Positions 38,801 to 53,800 of a stretch of DNA of 64,000 bases are shown here, piece after piece. The number at the start of each line of letters is the position of its first letter. Positions within the stretch are counted from its first letter, which is position 1. The position numbers were made by a program, and so were the translations under genes. Location of the stretch: NCBI GenBank assembly GCA_028534125.1, contig CM052817.1, positions 36,210,001 to 36,274,000 on the forward strand, given 5' to 3'. Below the pieces are notes generated by a model that ran no database searches, was not told the origin of the DNA, and saw only the letters and a program-made list of their open reading frames with translations. Source of the DNA: Lama glama. Taxonomy: Eukaryota.

Positions 38801-41800
38801 AGTGTATACCTACCTCCTTTTGTCTTTGTGCATTTCTCAATGAGATTATTTAAAGGCGATTTTGATTAAAATTCACTGTTTATCCTTTAGAAGCAGGTTT
38901 CTTCAGGGACCTTGGAACATTTCCCTAGACTGAAAACACTAATGGGAGAGAGGATTCCAGTCCAGGGAGACAAGGTGTGGAATCCTGCACGAAGAACCCA
39001 GAGTGACTAGACTCTTTCTCATTCCAATTTATCTGATTGCTGCGAACTTCGGAATTTAAATCACTGAAATAAACACATGCACGCCAAAAAAGCAGCATTC
39101 TACCAAGTTACCTTCTACCGTAGGTACCTACAAAAGGTACAGTATCCTGAGGGAGTGTGTTTAAAACTGGTGCCAACATTCAGGATTTTCTGATCTTCCT
39201 CAGAAGAGAGTTTATTCTAAGCATTATTTGCCTATCCCCAGGGAAAAGAAAAATTTTATATGTGTGTTGGTCTATAAAGCTAAATAAAGTTCTGAGCACT
39301 TCAACTGTGAACGTGTCTATGGGAGAAACGATAACAGTGACTACAGAAACAGCTGTTGGCACTTCCGCCTCCCAGTGTGCAGTCGGCCCTCCTCCTCCAC
39401 GTGTTCCATATGAGGCCAACCTCATGTTGAAATACTCGGGGGGGGGGGAGAGAATTCCAGAAGGTTCCAGAAAGCAAAACTTGCATTTGCCATGCACCAA
39501 CTATTTACATAGCATTTACATTCTATTTACAACTATTTATAGAGCATTTACACCATATTAGGTATTAAAGTAATCAAGAGAAAATTTAAAGTATATGGTA
39601 GGATGTGCTTAGGTTATATGCAAATAATATACCGTGTATCTATACAAGGGGCCTGAGCATGGAGAATCTGGGTATGGGGCTGAGGCTCCTGGAACCAATC
39701 CCCTATACTGATACTGAGGGAAAAGTGTACTAGTAGTTTCAAACACTGGCATTTTTGTTGGTGTGATACTGTTATTTCAGACATCAGTCAGCAGCTCTGC
39801 CTGTATTTCTTGGCTCTCTCCAGTCCCACTCCAGTTCTCCAACTCTCCTGCCACCCTCACCCTGCCACCCCCACCACAAGCCCTCCCAGACTCCTTTAAT
39901 GCCCACCTTCTGCAGCTCCTAGTCTGTCCCATAGCCCCGTGCCTGATCCCTACCCATCCCCAAAGGAGCCCAGTTTGGGGCTGGCTGATCTGTCTTCCGG
40001 AGAAGTAGGAGTCAAGCTGAGGGCAGGGTCACCATGCTCTCAGTTGGGTAGGTTAGTTGGAAAGAAATCCAAGACTGCTGAGTTGGGAACCAGAGCCAAG
40101 GCCAGAGAGCTGGTGGTCCAGGAGACCTTCCCAGTCTCCGACCCCTGAGCTGCCAGCTCTCAGGAATGTGAAGAAGGGAAGGGTATTCCATTAAAAGGAG
40201 CAACAGATCTATATGAAGGTCTATTGACATGTCTACAAACTTTTTATAAGTCTATGAGTTTTTGTATTTGAAATAAAATAATTAAATTTCACTGATTTTT
40301 AGTCTGTAGATGCCAAATATTTCAGAAATGGTATTAGGACTGGTATATCCACGTTACGTGAAATAAACCCTGAAATAGCCGTATTATGATTCTGCTTCCT
40401 GGCTGCTCTCCCCAGGCTGGAAGGACGGGCATGCACTGATAAGATATGAGATTCCCCAGCTGAGACACAGCTTGTCCTGGGCCATCCATTCCACAAGTGA
40501 GACTTACAAACCTAAAACTAACTTTGTACTACTGGTGGACCACATTTCAAATTTTCCTGCTTAAAATGGGGCTATAACCTTAGTTCATTTTTTTTTGAAA
40601 TGTATGAAATAGAAGCAATGAGTAAGTACATGGTACAAAACTAGAGAATTGGGAGTATCTTTTTCTTCCTTTTTTTTTTTTAATTTCAAATCAACGTTTC
40701 CTAAATACGGCGGTGACCGGGGGCAAGAGGCACTGCACAAACACCTGGGGTGCCAGGAAGGAAACACAGGAGCCTTTGCCTTAAGGCCAGCCTGCCACCA
40801 TGTGTTCCTGTCCCCTCAGTGGGCAACTCTGGCTCCCAGCAACACCAAATGCTGAGGCAAACACAGCTGCACACCTCACCCAGGCACAATTCTGGTTCCT
40901 GGAACCAAAACACTGCCCTGTATGACACACACAGTCGACATCACGGTGTCACGTTGCCTCTAGTCTTTATTTCTGAAGCATTTCCTTTGCATCACTGACT
41001 TTCTCACTTGTGCTGCCTTCTATGAGAGCCCAAAGCCACTCATTCTACCTGTTCTGGTTTTCAAGTGGCAGCTTATTAACTGAAATAAATAAGCCACTAC
41101 CACCTCTTCTTTAAAATAAGCAAAAATCAGCCACTTTAGAATTTTCCTTTTGTGTTCCATAGCCCTTTGCATACATGTGTTACGTCCCTTTGTCATTCTT
41201 TTTTCACTGCACAGAACACCCCCAGAAGCAGCCACCACGTCCTGTACTTGCCTCCATCCCTAGGGACTAGCAGGCATGTGACAGTCATTAGGTGCCCAAG
41301 ACTGCTTACCAAAAAATATTATTATATTTATTGTGTAATAATAATTATATACTGAGGACTTATTATATGCCAGACACTAGGTACTCTGCCAAGGAAGGCC
41401 TTTCCATGCTTTCTCTTATTTATAAATGAGGACACTTGCCTAAGGTTACATGGGTAGTAGGCCAGAGTTGAGGCCTGAACCCAGTTCCTTTTGACTAAAG
41501 CACATTCTCTAATCCATATGCTATACTGACTTCACTACTACTAAGCTAAAGAATTTAACACATAAAAGCCCATTTATTGTAAGATACACACACAATGGAA
41601 TATTATTCAGCCATAAAAAGGCAGTCCTGCCACCTGCAACAACATAGGTGAAATTGAAGGGCATTAATGCTAAGTGAAATAAGCTAGACAAAGACAAATA
41701 ACATATGATATCACTTATATGTGGAATCCGCAAAAAGAAAAAAGAAAAAGAAAGAAAGCCAATGTCACAGGAACAGAAGAACGGTGGTTGCCACGGATTG

Positions 41801-44800
41801 GGGTAGGGGTTGGTGGGAAGAGAGGAGGAGACGGAGAGTTGTAGGGTATGATCCTTTCAGTTATAAGTCCTAAGGAGCTAATTTACAGCATGGTGACTAA
41901 AATTAATAACACAGTATCATATACTGGAAATTTGCTGAGAGCACATCTTAAGCATTCTCAAGACACACACAAAAAAGTTAACTATGTGAGGTGATGGATG
42001 TGTTCATTAACTTGGTCTCTGTAGTCATTTCACAATGTATATGCATATTAAATCATCACGCTGTACATTTAAATATACAGAATTTGTTGATTACCCCTCA
42101 ATAAAGCTGGGGAAAAATCCACCTATTGTTTATTACTATCATTGAAAAGTGGTTAAGTGTAGAAATAAACCCATGCACATATGGCCAATTAATTTATGAT
42201 AAAGGAGGCAAGATCATACAATGGGAAAAGGATGGTCTTTTCAATAAATGGTGCTGGGAAAACTGGACAGGCACACAAAGGAATGAAATTGGATCATCAT
42301 GTTACTTATCATACATAAAAATTAACTCAAAATGGATTGAAGACTTGAATGTAAGATCTGAAACCATAAAACTCCTGGAAGAAAACATAGGTAGTAAGCA
42401 ACTTGCCATCATTCTTGGCAATGATTTTTTGGATCTGACTTCAAAATCAAAGGCAACAAAAGCAAAAATAAACAAATGGAACTACATCAAACTAAGATCT
42501 GATAAGTGGTCAACAACTAAAATATACAAAGAACTTACAAAACTCAATAGAAAGAAAACAAACAACCCTACTAAAAACTGGGCAGAGAACCTGAACAGAC
42601 ATTTCTCCAAAAACGAAACACAGATGGCAACAGGTACATGAAAGATGCTCAACATCACTAATCATCAGGGAAATGCAAATTAAAACCACTATGAGATACC
42701 ACCTCACACCTGTCAGAATGGCTATCATCAAAAAGACAAAAAAATAACAACTGTGGGCAACGACATAGGGAAAAGGGAACCCTCATGCACTGTTGGTGGG
42801 AATGTAAATTGGTGCAGCCACTATGGAAAACAGTACGGAGACACCTCAAAAAATTAAAAATAGAACTACCATATGATCCAGCCATTCCACTTCTGGGTAT
42901 TTATCCAAAGAATACAAAAACACTAATTTAAAAAGATATATGTACCCCCATTGCAGCCTTATTTACAATAGCCAAGATATGGAAACAACCTAAGTGGCCA
43001 CGGATGAATGGATAAAGAGATGAGGTGTACATGCACACAATGGAATAGTACTCTTGTAACCAAGCGGGACCCTAATGTGGCCTTCCTGGGACAGACCACT
43101 CCCCTATAGCCTCTGCTTCAGCTCCTCTCTGAAGTCCCTGGATAGCAGTATCTGATGCACACTTCCTGAGTTGTTTTGCAGATGTGAAAACCTCCACCAA
43201 ATGGAAGAAATTAACTACTTTATGACCATGAGCATGTAGCACCCAGACCTCCTGGAGCCTGAGGATTGATAATGTGACGGTGCACTGTTACTCCACCAGC
43301 AACCAGTCAGAGAACTGTGCACAAGCTGATCACAAACCCTGCAACTCCCTTCCCTCACCTGGCCTTTAAAAACGCTTTCCTGAAACCCACTGGGGAGTCT
43401 TTTGAGTACTAGCTGCCCTTAACTCTTTACCTTGTGTCCCGCAATAAACGCTGCACTTTTTTTTCACCCAACCCAGTGTTAGTAGATTGGCTTTACTGCA
43501 GGCAGGTGAGAGGACCCAAGTTTGGTTAGGTAACACTCAGACATAAAAAAGAATGGAATCTTGCCATTTTTGACAACATGAATGGAACTTGTGGGCATCA
43601 TGCTAAGTGAAATAAGTCAGAAAGAGAAAGACAAATACTGTCTGATCTCACTTATATTTGGAATCCAAACAAATAAATCAAATCAAAACAACACAACAAG
43701 CTCCTAGGTAATCTTGACAGTTTAGTGGCTGCCAGAGGGGAGAGGGGATGGCAGGTGGGTGAAATGGGTCAGAGGTACAAACTTCCAGTTATGAAATATA
43801 TGAGTCACAGTGATATAACACACAACATGGTAACTACAGTTAATAAAACTGTATCGCATATTTTAGCTGCTAAAGTTGCAAAGAGAGTAAATCTTAAAAG
43901 TTCTCATTACAAGAAAAAAAAATTTCTAACTATGTGTGGTAACAGAAAGTAACTAGACTTACTATGGTGATCATTTCACAGGGTATGTGAATACCAAGTC
44001 ACTATGTTATACACTGGAAACTAATATGTTATACGTGTCAATTATATCCAAAAAAAAGTAGTCAGAAAAACAAATTAGTGTATGAAATAGTTTTAGCATT
44101 TTAGGTGAAAATCCAAGAGATCAAAAAACTTGAACTTTTATTTCTACTAGTATTGTATAAAACAGAAAAACTTCCACAGAAGTCATAAAAGGTCACACAG
44201 TAATTTCACCTAATTTTCTATAATAACTCCCTTAACTACTGAAGAGGAGATGAGCATCTGGTATTCAAGATGGTATCATATTTGCTTATCAAATGTTAAG
44301 AGGAAGGAACTATAAAAAAGTTATAGAAAGTTGCTCACTTAAGTACCTCCATTCAGAGACCACAGTCATGATAACATATATTTTAACACCAGCAACTTCT
44401 TTTTCAGGGTCAAAAAGAATTAGGGCTCTTTAGAATCATTTTATTCAGCAGCAAATCACATAAAGGATAGAAGTCAGAAAAACTGGCTTTTATAGCTAAT
44501 GGAATTGGTGGAAAAATTGTGTAACTTCGCCTCTGTTTTCTCACCTAGAAACAAAGCAGTTGGCTAAATAACTCATAAGGCTTACTTCAGCTCTTAACAT
44601 TTTATGATACAGTGAATAATTATTCACAAACTGATAAAACAGAAAAGTCTATCTTTTTAGAATTTCTAAATCAGCAGGTGAAAACAGAGTTCATTGTTAG
44701 CCACCATTTTAAACTTTGCATCTAAACCTGTTTAGAAGACTCATCCATTTTTTGAAAAATATTTTAATTTTTCGAATTAAAAATCTTATTAAAAACCCAG

Positions 44801-47800
44801 TATGTGTCTAGCATTGATTATCTATTATGTGACAATCTTGCTGAGTTAAATAAACTTATTTAAATACCTTGCTTTTAGAAATCACTGCTCCAAAAGCCCT
44901 ACAAAAGCCCTGCAGGGAAATATCACCTAAATGTCAGTGATTAATCTGCTAAACTGGCAAGGACTCACCTCCAATGTATCTGCTGTGCACGGCTTCACTA
45001 GATATAATAACCAAATTAACACTCGGTTTTCTGACATCACTCAAATTTACACATAATCCACAGATGGGGGATCCTAAAAAGCCATGCATATACCCCAAGC
45101 CAGTCTGCAATCAAACTGAGGAGCCAAGGCAAAGGTAGCAGGCAGGAGCCCGCCGTTCTAACACACAGGGAGAACAAGGCCAGGGATGGGTGACATGTTC
45201 ACACACGTAATCCTGAATCAGAGGTGGCCCGAAGGGTTCAGGCAGCTGACATAAGACGACTAACGTAGGCTGGCAGTTAGATGATAATTAGCACGTGATC
45301 CTTTCCTCGATGTCAAAATCAAGCTACAGTGGTGACTTGGGCACATATAAGCCTCGTTCAAAGAGCCCCCACTGAACCCTAGCCAACTGGCACCACCTGG
45401 GAAGACAGGTCATGTTGCCAGACCTTCCAAGTTTCAAAAAAAGCCAGAAATTCGTTTTACACGTTTTGCTTGACTGTTTTAAACTGTGGCAAAAGACACA
45501 TAAAGTGCATCAATTTACCATTTTTAAGTGTATAGTTAGGTCATCAGTGTTAACTATATTCATATTATTGTGCAATGGATCTCCAGAACTTTTTCATCCT
45601 GCGAAACTGAAACTCTATACCCATTAAACAACTCCCCATCTCTCCCAGACCTGGGCAACCACCATTCTACTTTTTGTTTCTTTGAATTTGACTACTTCAG
45701 ATAACTTGACTTTTTTTTTTTAATGTTGGCAACTAATTAAAATTTATACCATTGTGGGTGACCACCCATTTAGGACTGCTTCTGACCATTTATGGCCACT
45801 CAAAGCACTTCAATATTTCAAGAATGCGAAAGTCAGCCGGTAAAACACAGGTATGGTGCTAACATCAAAGTGAAGGACAAATTTTAGAGCCCAGATGTGC
45901 TTTTCTTGCCCTTAATTGTACTCTGAGAAAAGATGAAAGCTTTAAGATATACTTGCCATGAATTCTTACCATGCCTGCTTGATGCAAGAACCACATGAGG
46001 TAGTCTTCCTGAATGTCCACGAGATTGGAAATCTCAGGAATGTAAAATGTATCATATTCCACATGCTTCACTTTAAGATTTACCTGATGAAGAACAAAAC
46101 AAGGACAACTAAAACCCAGGCAACTGGAAAGTGGTCCCCATAGAACATCTCAGTAGATCATTTTACCCTGCTGTCTCCTCACCCCTCTCCCCACTGGCTC
46201 TTTTCTGTGCTCACCTTGTATAACTTCTCCAAGAGCTTCAGAGCTGCTGTAACATAATTGTTAAACAGTACGGGAATTAAGAATGTCTTTCTTCCTCTCA
46301 GGAGATAAACGACTGCACCTTTATAGAGGTTTACCAGCTTCATGAAATATTTCGGGCATACCTGAGACCACCAGTTATCTTTAGAAAGAAAGGAAAAACA
46401 TATTTCAACCTGTAATCTTGATCAAGTATTAATGTCTTCTGCCTACTAGCTAAAAACTGCTGCAGCTAGAAAATAAACATTAGTCTAAAACACATGCTTC
46501 CCAAAACTGAGTCAAAAAAGAGTCCATGAAAGCATTTCTGGAGAGAGCAGCAGCTGTACAAGAACCCCAGAGCTTTTTCATAAAGCTGGATCTGATTTTT
46601 CTCCTCCCTTGAGGACTCCTTCAGAAGGCTGATCTAGAAGTTCAGTCCCAAGGGCACACATGGACAAGATGCTAAGGCACAGATCTGGGGCTGGAGCATT
46701 CACATATCCCAGTCCTCTCAGCCCTCTTCTCAGCCACCACCTAAGCCCAGCACCACGGATGCCGAGGACCACACGCCTCAGAAGCAGCACCCATACGGCA
46801 ACTGGTCGCTCCTTTCAAGAAGCAACATTAGTTTGAAAAACTACTATTTCTGTTTCTTAGTAAACAATTCTTTCTGATAACCAGACAAGAAGACTATACC
46901 ATTGGTTTCTACTTTGTCAGAAACAAACTCGGTCATAGTAACGTATTTATAGGATGAAATGATACAAATGTCTGAGATTTTTAAAATACATTCCAGAAAA
47001 AATGAAAAGGCGGTGGTAGGGAGAACGGAGGGGGAAAAAGGGCAAAATATTGATCATCAGGAATTTGTGTGATGGCTATCAGCAGTGTTCTACTTTGGGG
47101 GATTCTTTTAATTTAAATTTCTATAATTAGAAGTTAAAAACGAATTAAATGTAAAACTGAACAATTTTGATCTCTTCATAATCCAGCCTGGAGAAAGTAA
47201 AATTAAAAACCCCCAAACTTAAAAGTCAGGTAATATAGGTAAAATATTCAGAGATTGCCATCTCTTATCTCACTGTCTATTAGAACACCTGGGAAAATAC
47301 GCCCCAAAGGGCTTTTAATCCTAAAAAAATTAAGGACTAACATAGTACTAGTGCTTTCCTGATTATTTCTGTTTGTATATCTTCTTCAAAGGTGGAAGCA
47401 ATATGGAAAAGCCAGTATTCCATCCTCAGCAATACAAGTCTCTTTATTCATGGGGAAATCACACTCAAGTAACATCCTAATCCATATGGAAAGCAGAAGT
47501 TACTGAGCTGCAGTGAATACCTAAAAAAAAATTTACCAAGGCAAAAAAAAAAAAAAAAGGGAAAAGCCAGGTGACAGACTTTCTGCATTTGATTAATAAA
47601 AACATCTCAGGCGCTACTCCCATGAGAGACACTCTCCAATTCACTGAGGAACGGAAGGTTCTTATCTCAGCAAAGTGTCCGTAGCCTGCAAAAATCAGTG
47701 TGGACTCAACTGTCCTAAAAAAGAAAAACAAAACAAACATTTGGTAAGTCTCCACCAGGTCATTTTCTTCCTCTCCTTTTCTGGAGACCTGTGTATCACA

Positions 47801-50800
47801 CCAAAATTGTTCATTTCACTCCCACCCCCTAAGTTAGGTATAGGAGAAAGAACAACAGATGGACACTCATTTTTGAAGCACTATTAACAACCAGTAAGTG
47901 TAGGAGGAGAAAAAAATAAAGTTGAATTATCTAACATTGTGAGTATTTAAAAATCAAGATTAGTCTGGCATGAATCATTTCAAATAACCTTAAATAATGG
48001 TTCAGTTTCTAAATAATGGTTAATTTACAAATATAGCTAATTAGAAATTAATATCAAAGAAAGAAAAGTTTAATTGTTAAGGATATTAAATGGCAACAAA
48101 CTGATTCTTGGATCTCAATCCACCGAGAGCCAATGGTCACACCAATAAAATAAAAAGCACAAAACCTCTGGTATTAGATGTAGCAAATTCACCTAAGACT
48201 TTGCTGGGGTTTGTATCCAGCCGCAGAATGGCCATCGCCAGGGGGATAGTCAACGTTATGTAGTACTTGGAATCCTGAAGCAGGGGAAACTCAGGTAGTA
48301 TTAAGTAGATTCTCATTGCTTCAACATCTGGTGGTGAACTCGACAACTGAGGAATCAGGCAACTTTCAAAGCTATTCAGGATCTGTAGGAGAGAGAAGAG
48401 CACTGAGAAATTCAAACACTCCTGAGATCTAGTCCAACTCACAAACTATTTGAGAGACTCTCAACTCTCATTCATTCAGTATGTACCCAGGACCCACTAT
48501 GGTCCAGACACCGGTCTGGGCACCCAGGAAACATCAGTGAAAAGAAGAGCCAAAGATCCCTGCCCATGCAGACCTTACACTCCGGAGGGGCATTTCCTTA
48601 GAAAACTTGAGCCAAATAGAAAGCTAAAGGGAGATCAAATTCCCAAAGTGATTACAGAGTTAAGATTTACACAAGACTTTTTTACCTTTTCAACTTACTG
48701 TTTTTCTCTTGAAAGTTGTCTTATCTCAATGCAAAAATGCATTTTGAAGCACGTAAATGTGAAAACCTACCTGCTCTAGAATCATGGAGTGCTGAGAGCT
48801 CATTAACTTCTCAAATAACACTCTCGTTGAGTTCAGGTCGATCCCAGGGATTTTGGGACTTGTTTTAAAATGCTCATCAATTCTAAACAAACAAACAAAA
48901 AAGGTGTAACAGAAGATAAGTAAACACTCTCATAAAAATTATAAACAGGTAAATGAAAAAGCTTGTATGTACTTAATCAGACTTAAATTTGACCTGGCAG
49001 ACAAGATGCACGGAAACATTATACTTTGGGGAAACCCGACAGAATAAATCTCTCTAGAATCCCTTTTTCAAGATGATCTTAAAATTGTCAAGTCTTTTTT
49101 CTCTCAAGTTAAAGGACAAGGATCATCATTTCAGTTTGAGGATGTCTATATGCAGAGTATTATCTCCCGGATATACTCTTGTGTTTTTGCCTCTTTCTGT
49201 AATTGTGGTACATTAAACCAGACATAGAGGCTGTGCCTAAATGCAAAAACAAAGAAACAAACAAACAAACAAACAAAAAAAAACCACCCCTACTGCAAAC
49301 TGGCCCACTCAGCAGCTAACGGCAAGCTTAAAGCAAGTATTTTTTTTTTAATCAGATCTACAACAAATGCAAAGTTAACGTCTTTCTTAGTTAACGGAAA
49401 GGATACAATTACATTCACTCAAGGACTAATTTCACAGCTACTGTTTTCAACTTCCTAGCAACTAATTATTTTCTACCCTTAAATAAAGTCTTAGCATTTT
49501 AGAGACTTAAGAGAATGTCTCTTTTAAATTCCCACTCTTGAACATACCACATCTATTAATTATAAAAGAACTATCTATTTGCAAAACAGGCTTCTGTTTA
49601 TGCGTAACAGACACATTCAGATAGTTTTAAAACCACCTGACAGCAATGCTATAATTTATAAAAACATAAGTAGAACTTCTAACATTTGAAAAAAAATCAT
49701 AATTATATGCACTGGAACCTAAATGGTCAAATCAAGAGAAGATGTTTGGGCTTTGTTTGTGGGGTCTTCTGTTGCTGTCAGTCTAAATATAAATCTGCCC
49801 AAAACACAGAAATTAATTCTGATGTCCCATATGTAACCTTCCACATGCTTACAAGTACCTTCTGCTATGCTCTTAAGAAGCCTTTTAAGAAAATACTTAA
49901 TCTACATGTATTTATGCTTCATTAAACTGGTCTTCATTTTCACTGGTTTCCTATGATGTATGCATAAAGCTGGGGGAACAGAACTCCTGAAACAGCACAG
50001 AAGTCCATTAAAAGAGAACAAAAGGCTTGACCCACACATCTACAGAATCCACAATACTAAGAACAGATAACCTTACAAACCTGGCCAAGAGCCATTCCCA
50101 ACTTTCATACAAGTTGTCCTTTCAGAGCAAGGTTTCTCAGCCTTAGTACTTTTGACTTTTGGGGTCAGACAATTCTTTGTAGGGACTGTGAGATACTTGG
50201 CCTTTGCCTTCTAGATGCCAGGAGTATACACTCCCCCACTGTACAACCAAAAATGTCACCAGGCATTGCTGAATGTCCCCTGAGAAGCAAAATCAGCCTG
50301 GTTGAGAATCACTGTTCTAACAGACCAACATTAGCATAATACAGAATATTTTTCCCTGGAAGAAAAGGCTAAGAATTGACTCCAAAATGAATTGGATGAG
50401 CTCATTTCAGTTGCCCTAATGATACAAATAACGACTTTGCAATCTTTTACCATAACTGAATGGAGTTTCTGAACCAACCTCTTGCAACCCAGCTAGGGAC
50501 AGAATTTGTAAGGGAGAGGAGGGCGGGGAGGAATAGGGTTCACACACAGAACAAAAGTCTCCTGGGATTTCATTAGCCTTATCTCTGGAAGGAAAAGAAT
50601 GGAGAGATGCTCAGGACTTGGGATTACCAAAGAGCAAAACCCATGACAAGACGTCCCGCTGTAGTAAGTTCCTGAGGGGGTTATTTGCAGAAGGGATTAA
50701 GGCCAAGCAAAGAAACATTTACTACTGGAGAGTTCAGGCCAAACGTAATTTCCTGGTGAGCTGGGCTGGACCTGAGTCCAAGGAATCCTGAAGTCCACTT

Positions 50801-53800
50801 GGAAATTTCCCTAAATTTACTCTTTTTGAGAAAAGAAACAACTATAGGAAAGCAAACCAAAGAAACCAAAGAGATTATTTGAAGAACTAAGAATTTAAGA
50901 ACAAATACTGTACACATGGTGGGAGTAACATCTTGGAACACCCTGAAAAATCTTACTTTTGATTACACCAGACCTTTCTGAGATGCCGTCTGTCTCTTTG
51001 GTCCTCTGCCTCTCTGCCAACCAGGCGAGAGTCAGCACTGCCTTTCCTGATGTCCTCTCATTCATCGTCATTAGGTATGCTAATTTTTGCACAAGTCATC
51101 AGCTTATCCACTGAATTAAGGCCAACCACCATCAAAGAGAACAGAAGTCTTTGGCGGCCTATGCTGAGTAAGCATTTGATCACACATGGGTATTTTTTAA
51201 GACTCTAAGTCACTTACTTTTTTTCAAGAAAACTTCCATTCCAACAGGCTGCAGAAGACAATATCTGAACAACACCACTGCTCAGAAAGAAAAAGGGAGG
51301 GAAGCCTTTAATAATTACAAATAAATGGTTATTTAAGCGTCAGCAACAGGTTAATCACCTATTCCAGGGTTTCATTAATAGCTGCTCTTTCTTACCCAGG
51401 TGAAGCTTTGGAAGATGTACATTTGCTTTAGAGAAACATTGTGTCACATCTCAAAATGGATAAGAACTTAAGTTTTACATAAGTCATGTTAAAATTTTTA
51501 AAAAGTATCAAAGCTACCAAAAGAAAATTCTTGGGCCTAATAATGACCTTGAACATTCCTCTCCTACCAACAATCTAAGACACTATCCACACCTCACCTC
51601 CAAACATGAACACAAAATAAACCCAAAAAAGAGAGGCTGAGCTGTTATTTACCAAACACAGAAAGTATCTTTGCAAATTCATAACTGAACAAACACTTTT
51701 ATTTTGTTGCCCATCTGAGAAAAACTAAAAATAAGTGAAGTAAGTGTTTATTCCTATTACTGAGATTACACAGCTTCTGGGAAAACAGCTAGTTTCTGAG
51801 GAACCAGAGTGAAACCACAGGTCAGGAACCCCGGGCCCTCTTCTTTAGTGTAAGGAAAAGGGGGGGAATAAAAAATATATATGGTTGAGGAGAAGATCAC
51901 AGTAACTGCTGTTGATCAAAGAATCTGGGTCAGGAAAGATCTTAGGAGATCATTTCTTGCATCCCTTTATTTTGTAAATAAGAAAACTGAGAATTAAAAG
52001 TGCCAAGGTCCCAGCAAAGGGAGTCTGCAGTCCCCGCACCGCGCCCACGGTGAGTCTAGCCCCCCATCCCCTTCCCCGCCACCTTCCAGCTTTAACTCCC
52101 TGGCAGAGCCTCTCAGGGGTTATGGGGATTCTGAGGACTGTTGTGGAGGTGCTCTAAGGCATTCCAAATGATCACCTGCTTCAAAAGTTGCTACCTGGTG
52201 TGCCCAAAGTTTAAGGCCCTGGGCTTTGCCCCACTACAGTTTACATCATAAGGCAAGATGTTTTTTACACTTTTCTGGGCATGACCACCATCTAGGAAAC
52301 ACAGCATGATTCATTCATTCCCAAGAATTAGACTCTGCAGAAAAATGGAAAAGCTGAGGAAAGCCATAAAATGTGCAACAAAGTTAAAAAAAAAATTCTC
52401 TTTTAAGAATAAAATAAATTTGCTGAACGGTCTCAATCCTTTAACTATACTTTTTTTTCCTACTTGACACTGAATTACTATCTCAGCTTATCATTTTGAA
52501 TGTGAAAATGCTAGAAGTATTCAGATTAGGTAAAACAACAGCTGTCCTGGGGCTTGGGATGCTTTGGAATAGGCACACGAAGAAACTCTCAGGGTTAAAC
52601 AACAGTAACACTGAGCTTTCAAAGCAGAAAGGCCAGATCAGGCCTTCATCAGTCAGAATTTTTAAGATCCGAACAAGGCAGGTTGAGGAATACGCTCTAA
52701 ATAAAAATGGGAGAACAATCTATCATGTTCTTTAGAGCTAAGGGCACCAAACCCTGAACAATGTGTGCAAAAAAAAAAAAAAAAAGGTCCCTAAAATGAA
52801 AAACTCCATTTAAATTCACAAACTTAATGTGGAAGTAGGGAAAGTCCCTAAGCTAGAAAGTTCCAATACACTTCCGCAAAAAAACAAATACAAGCAACAC
52901 GTACTTGATGGTATTTGCATTGTTGTGTTCTGAGAGTTTTTGTCTCCAAACTGCTATGGTTTCATCATTTATTAAGCTGGTGTAATGTGCTTGGTTCATC
53001 GTCCTGAAGTCAACAGCAGGAGAAGAATTCTGAAGGGTCAAATGTAAGAGTGAAAAAGAGAAATTATGTGATAGCATGGATCTTTCCTCCTCTCCCCCTC
53101 CTTATGTGGTCCCCATTCTGCGTTTCACTTATGGACAGGGCCCTCCTTCAGAGGGAGGCACTCAGTGCCCCCAGGCTGGCAGTGTAGGCTCCTGACAGCT
53201 CCCAGCAGGGCTGCCCTCCGGCACTGCCGGGGCTACCGCTTCATCCCTTTCCCATCTGGCAGCAGGTGGAGCTGTGGCGCCGGGCCCAGTCCCCTTGCCT
53301 CCACTCAGGACTGGCTGAAGGGCCATCCCAACCTCAGAGACCCCGTGGGACCAGCCAAGGCCCCGCCACACTGACCTGAAGTTCAGCTTCCCCTCCTGTC
53401 CAATCCTACCTCCTTCATCTCTCAGGAAGTGTTGTTCTAGAGCACACACACCCCCTGCCCCAATTCTCAGGCTCAGAGTCTGTTTCCCAGAGAAACCAAA
53501 CCAATATGACTTTTTCAGATTTCTTTCCCCTCTGCTTGAATCACCGTAACATCAAGGGTTTTAGATGACTAACCAATTGCCATAGCTGTTCGCCAAACCT
53601 CAGCAAAATATATCATAAAAAGTCAGAGTTCAGTTATCATCTACATTGCAAATAATCGATGAAAATTTAATGCCTCTTAATTTCTTGCTCAAAATACAGA
53701 GCTGCAAATTTGTAAGAAAGGTAACAAAAAGGACATGTCAATAATGGCCTTGAAAATCCTCACTGCTGCCTACCCTGTACTGTACATCCTTCATTTAGTG

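Noticed and set aside
38810..38890. Consensus-like minus-strand donor GAG|gtaggt near 38814
   Set aside because: No convincing upstream acceptor or pyrimidine tract; expected by chance.
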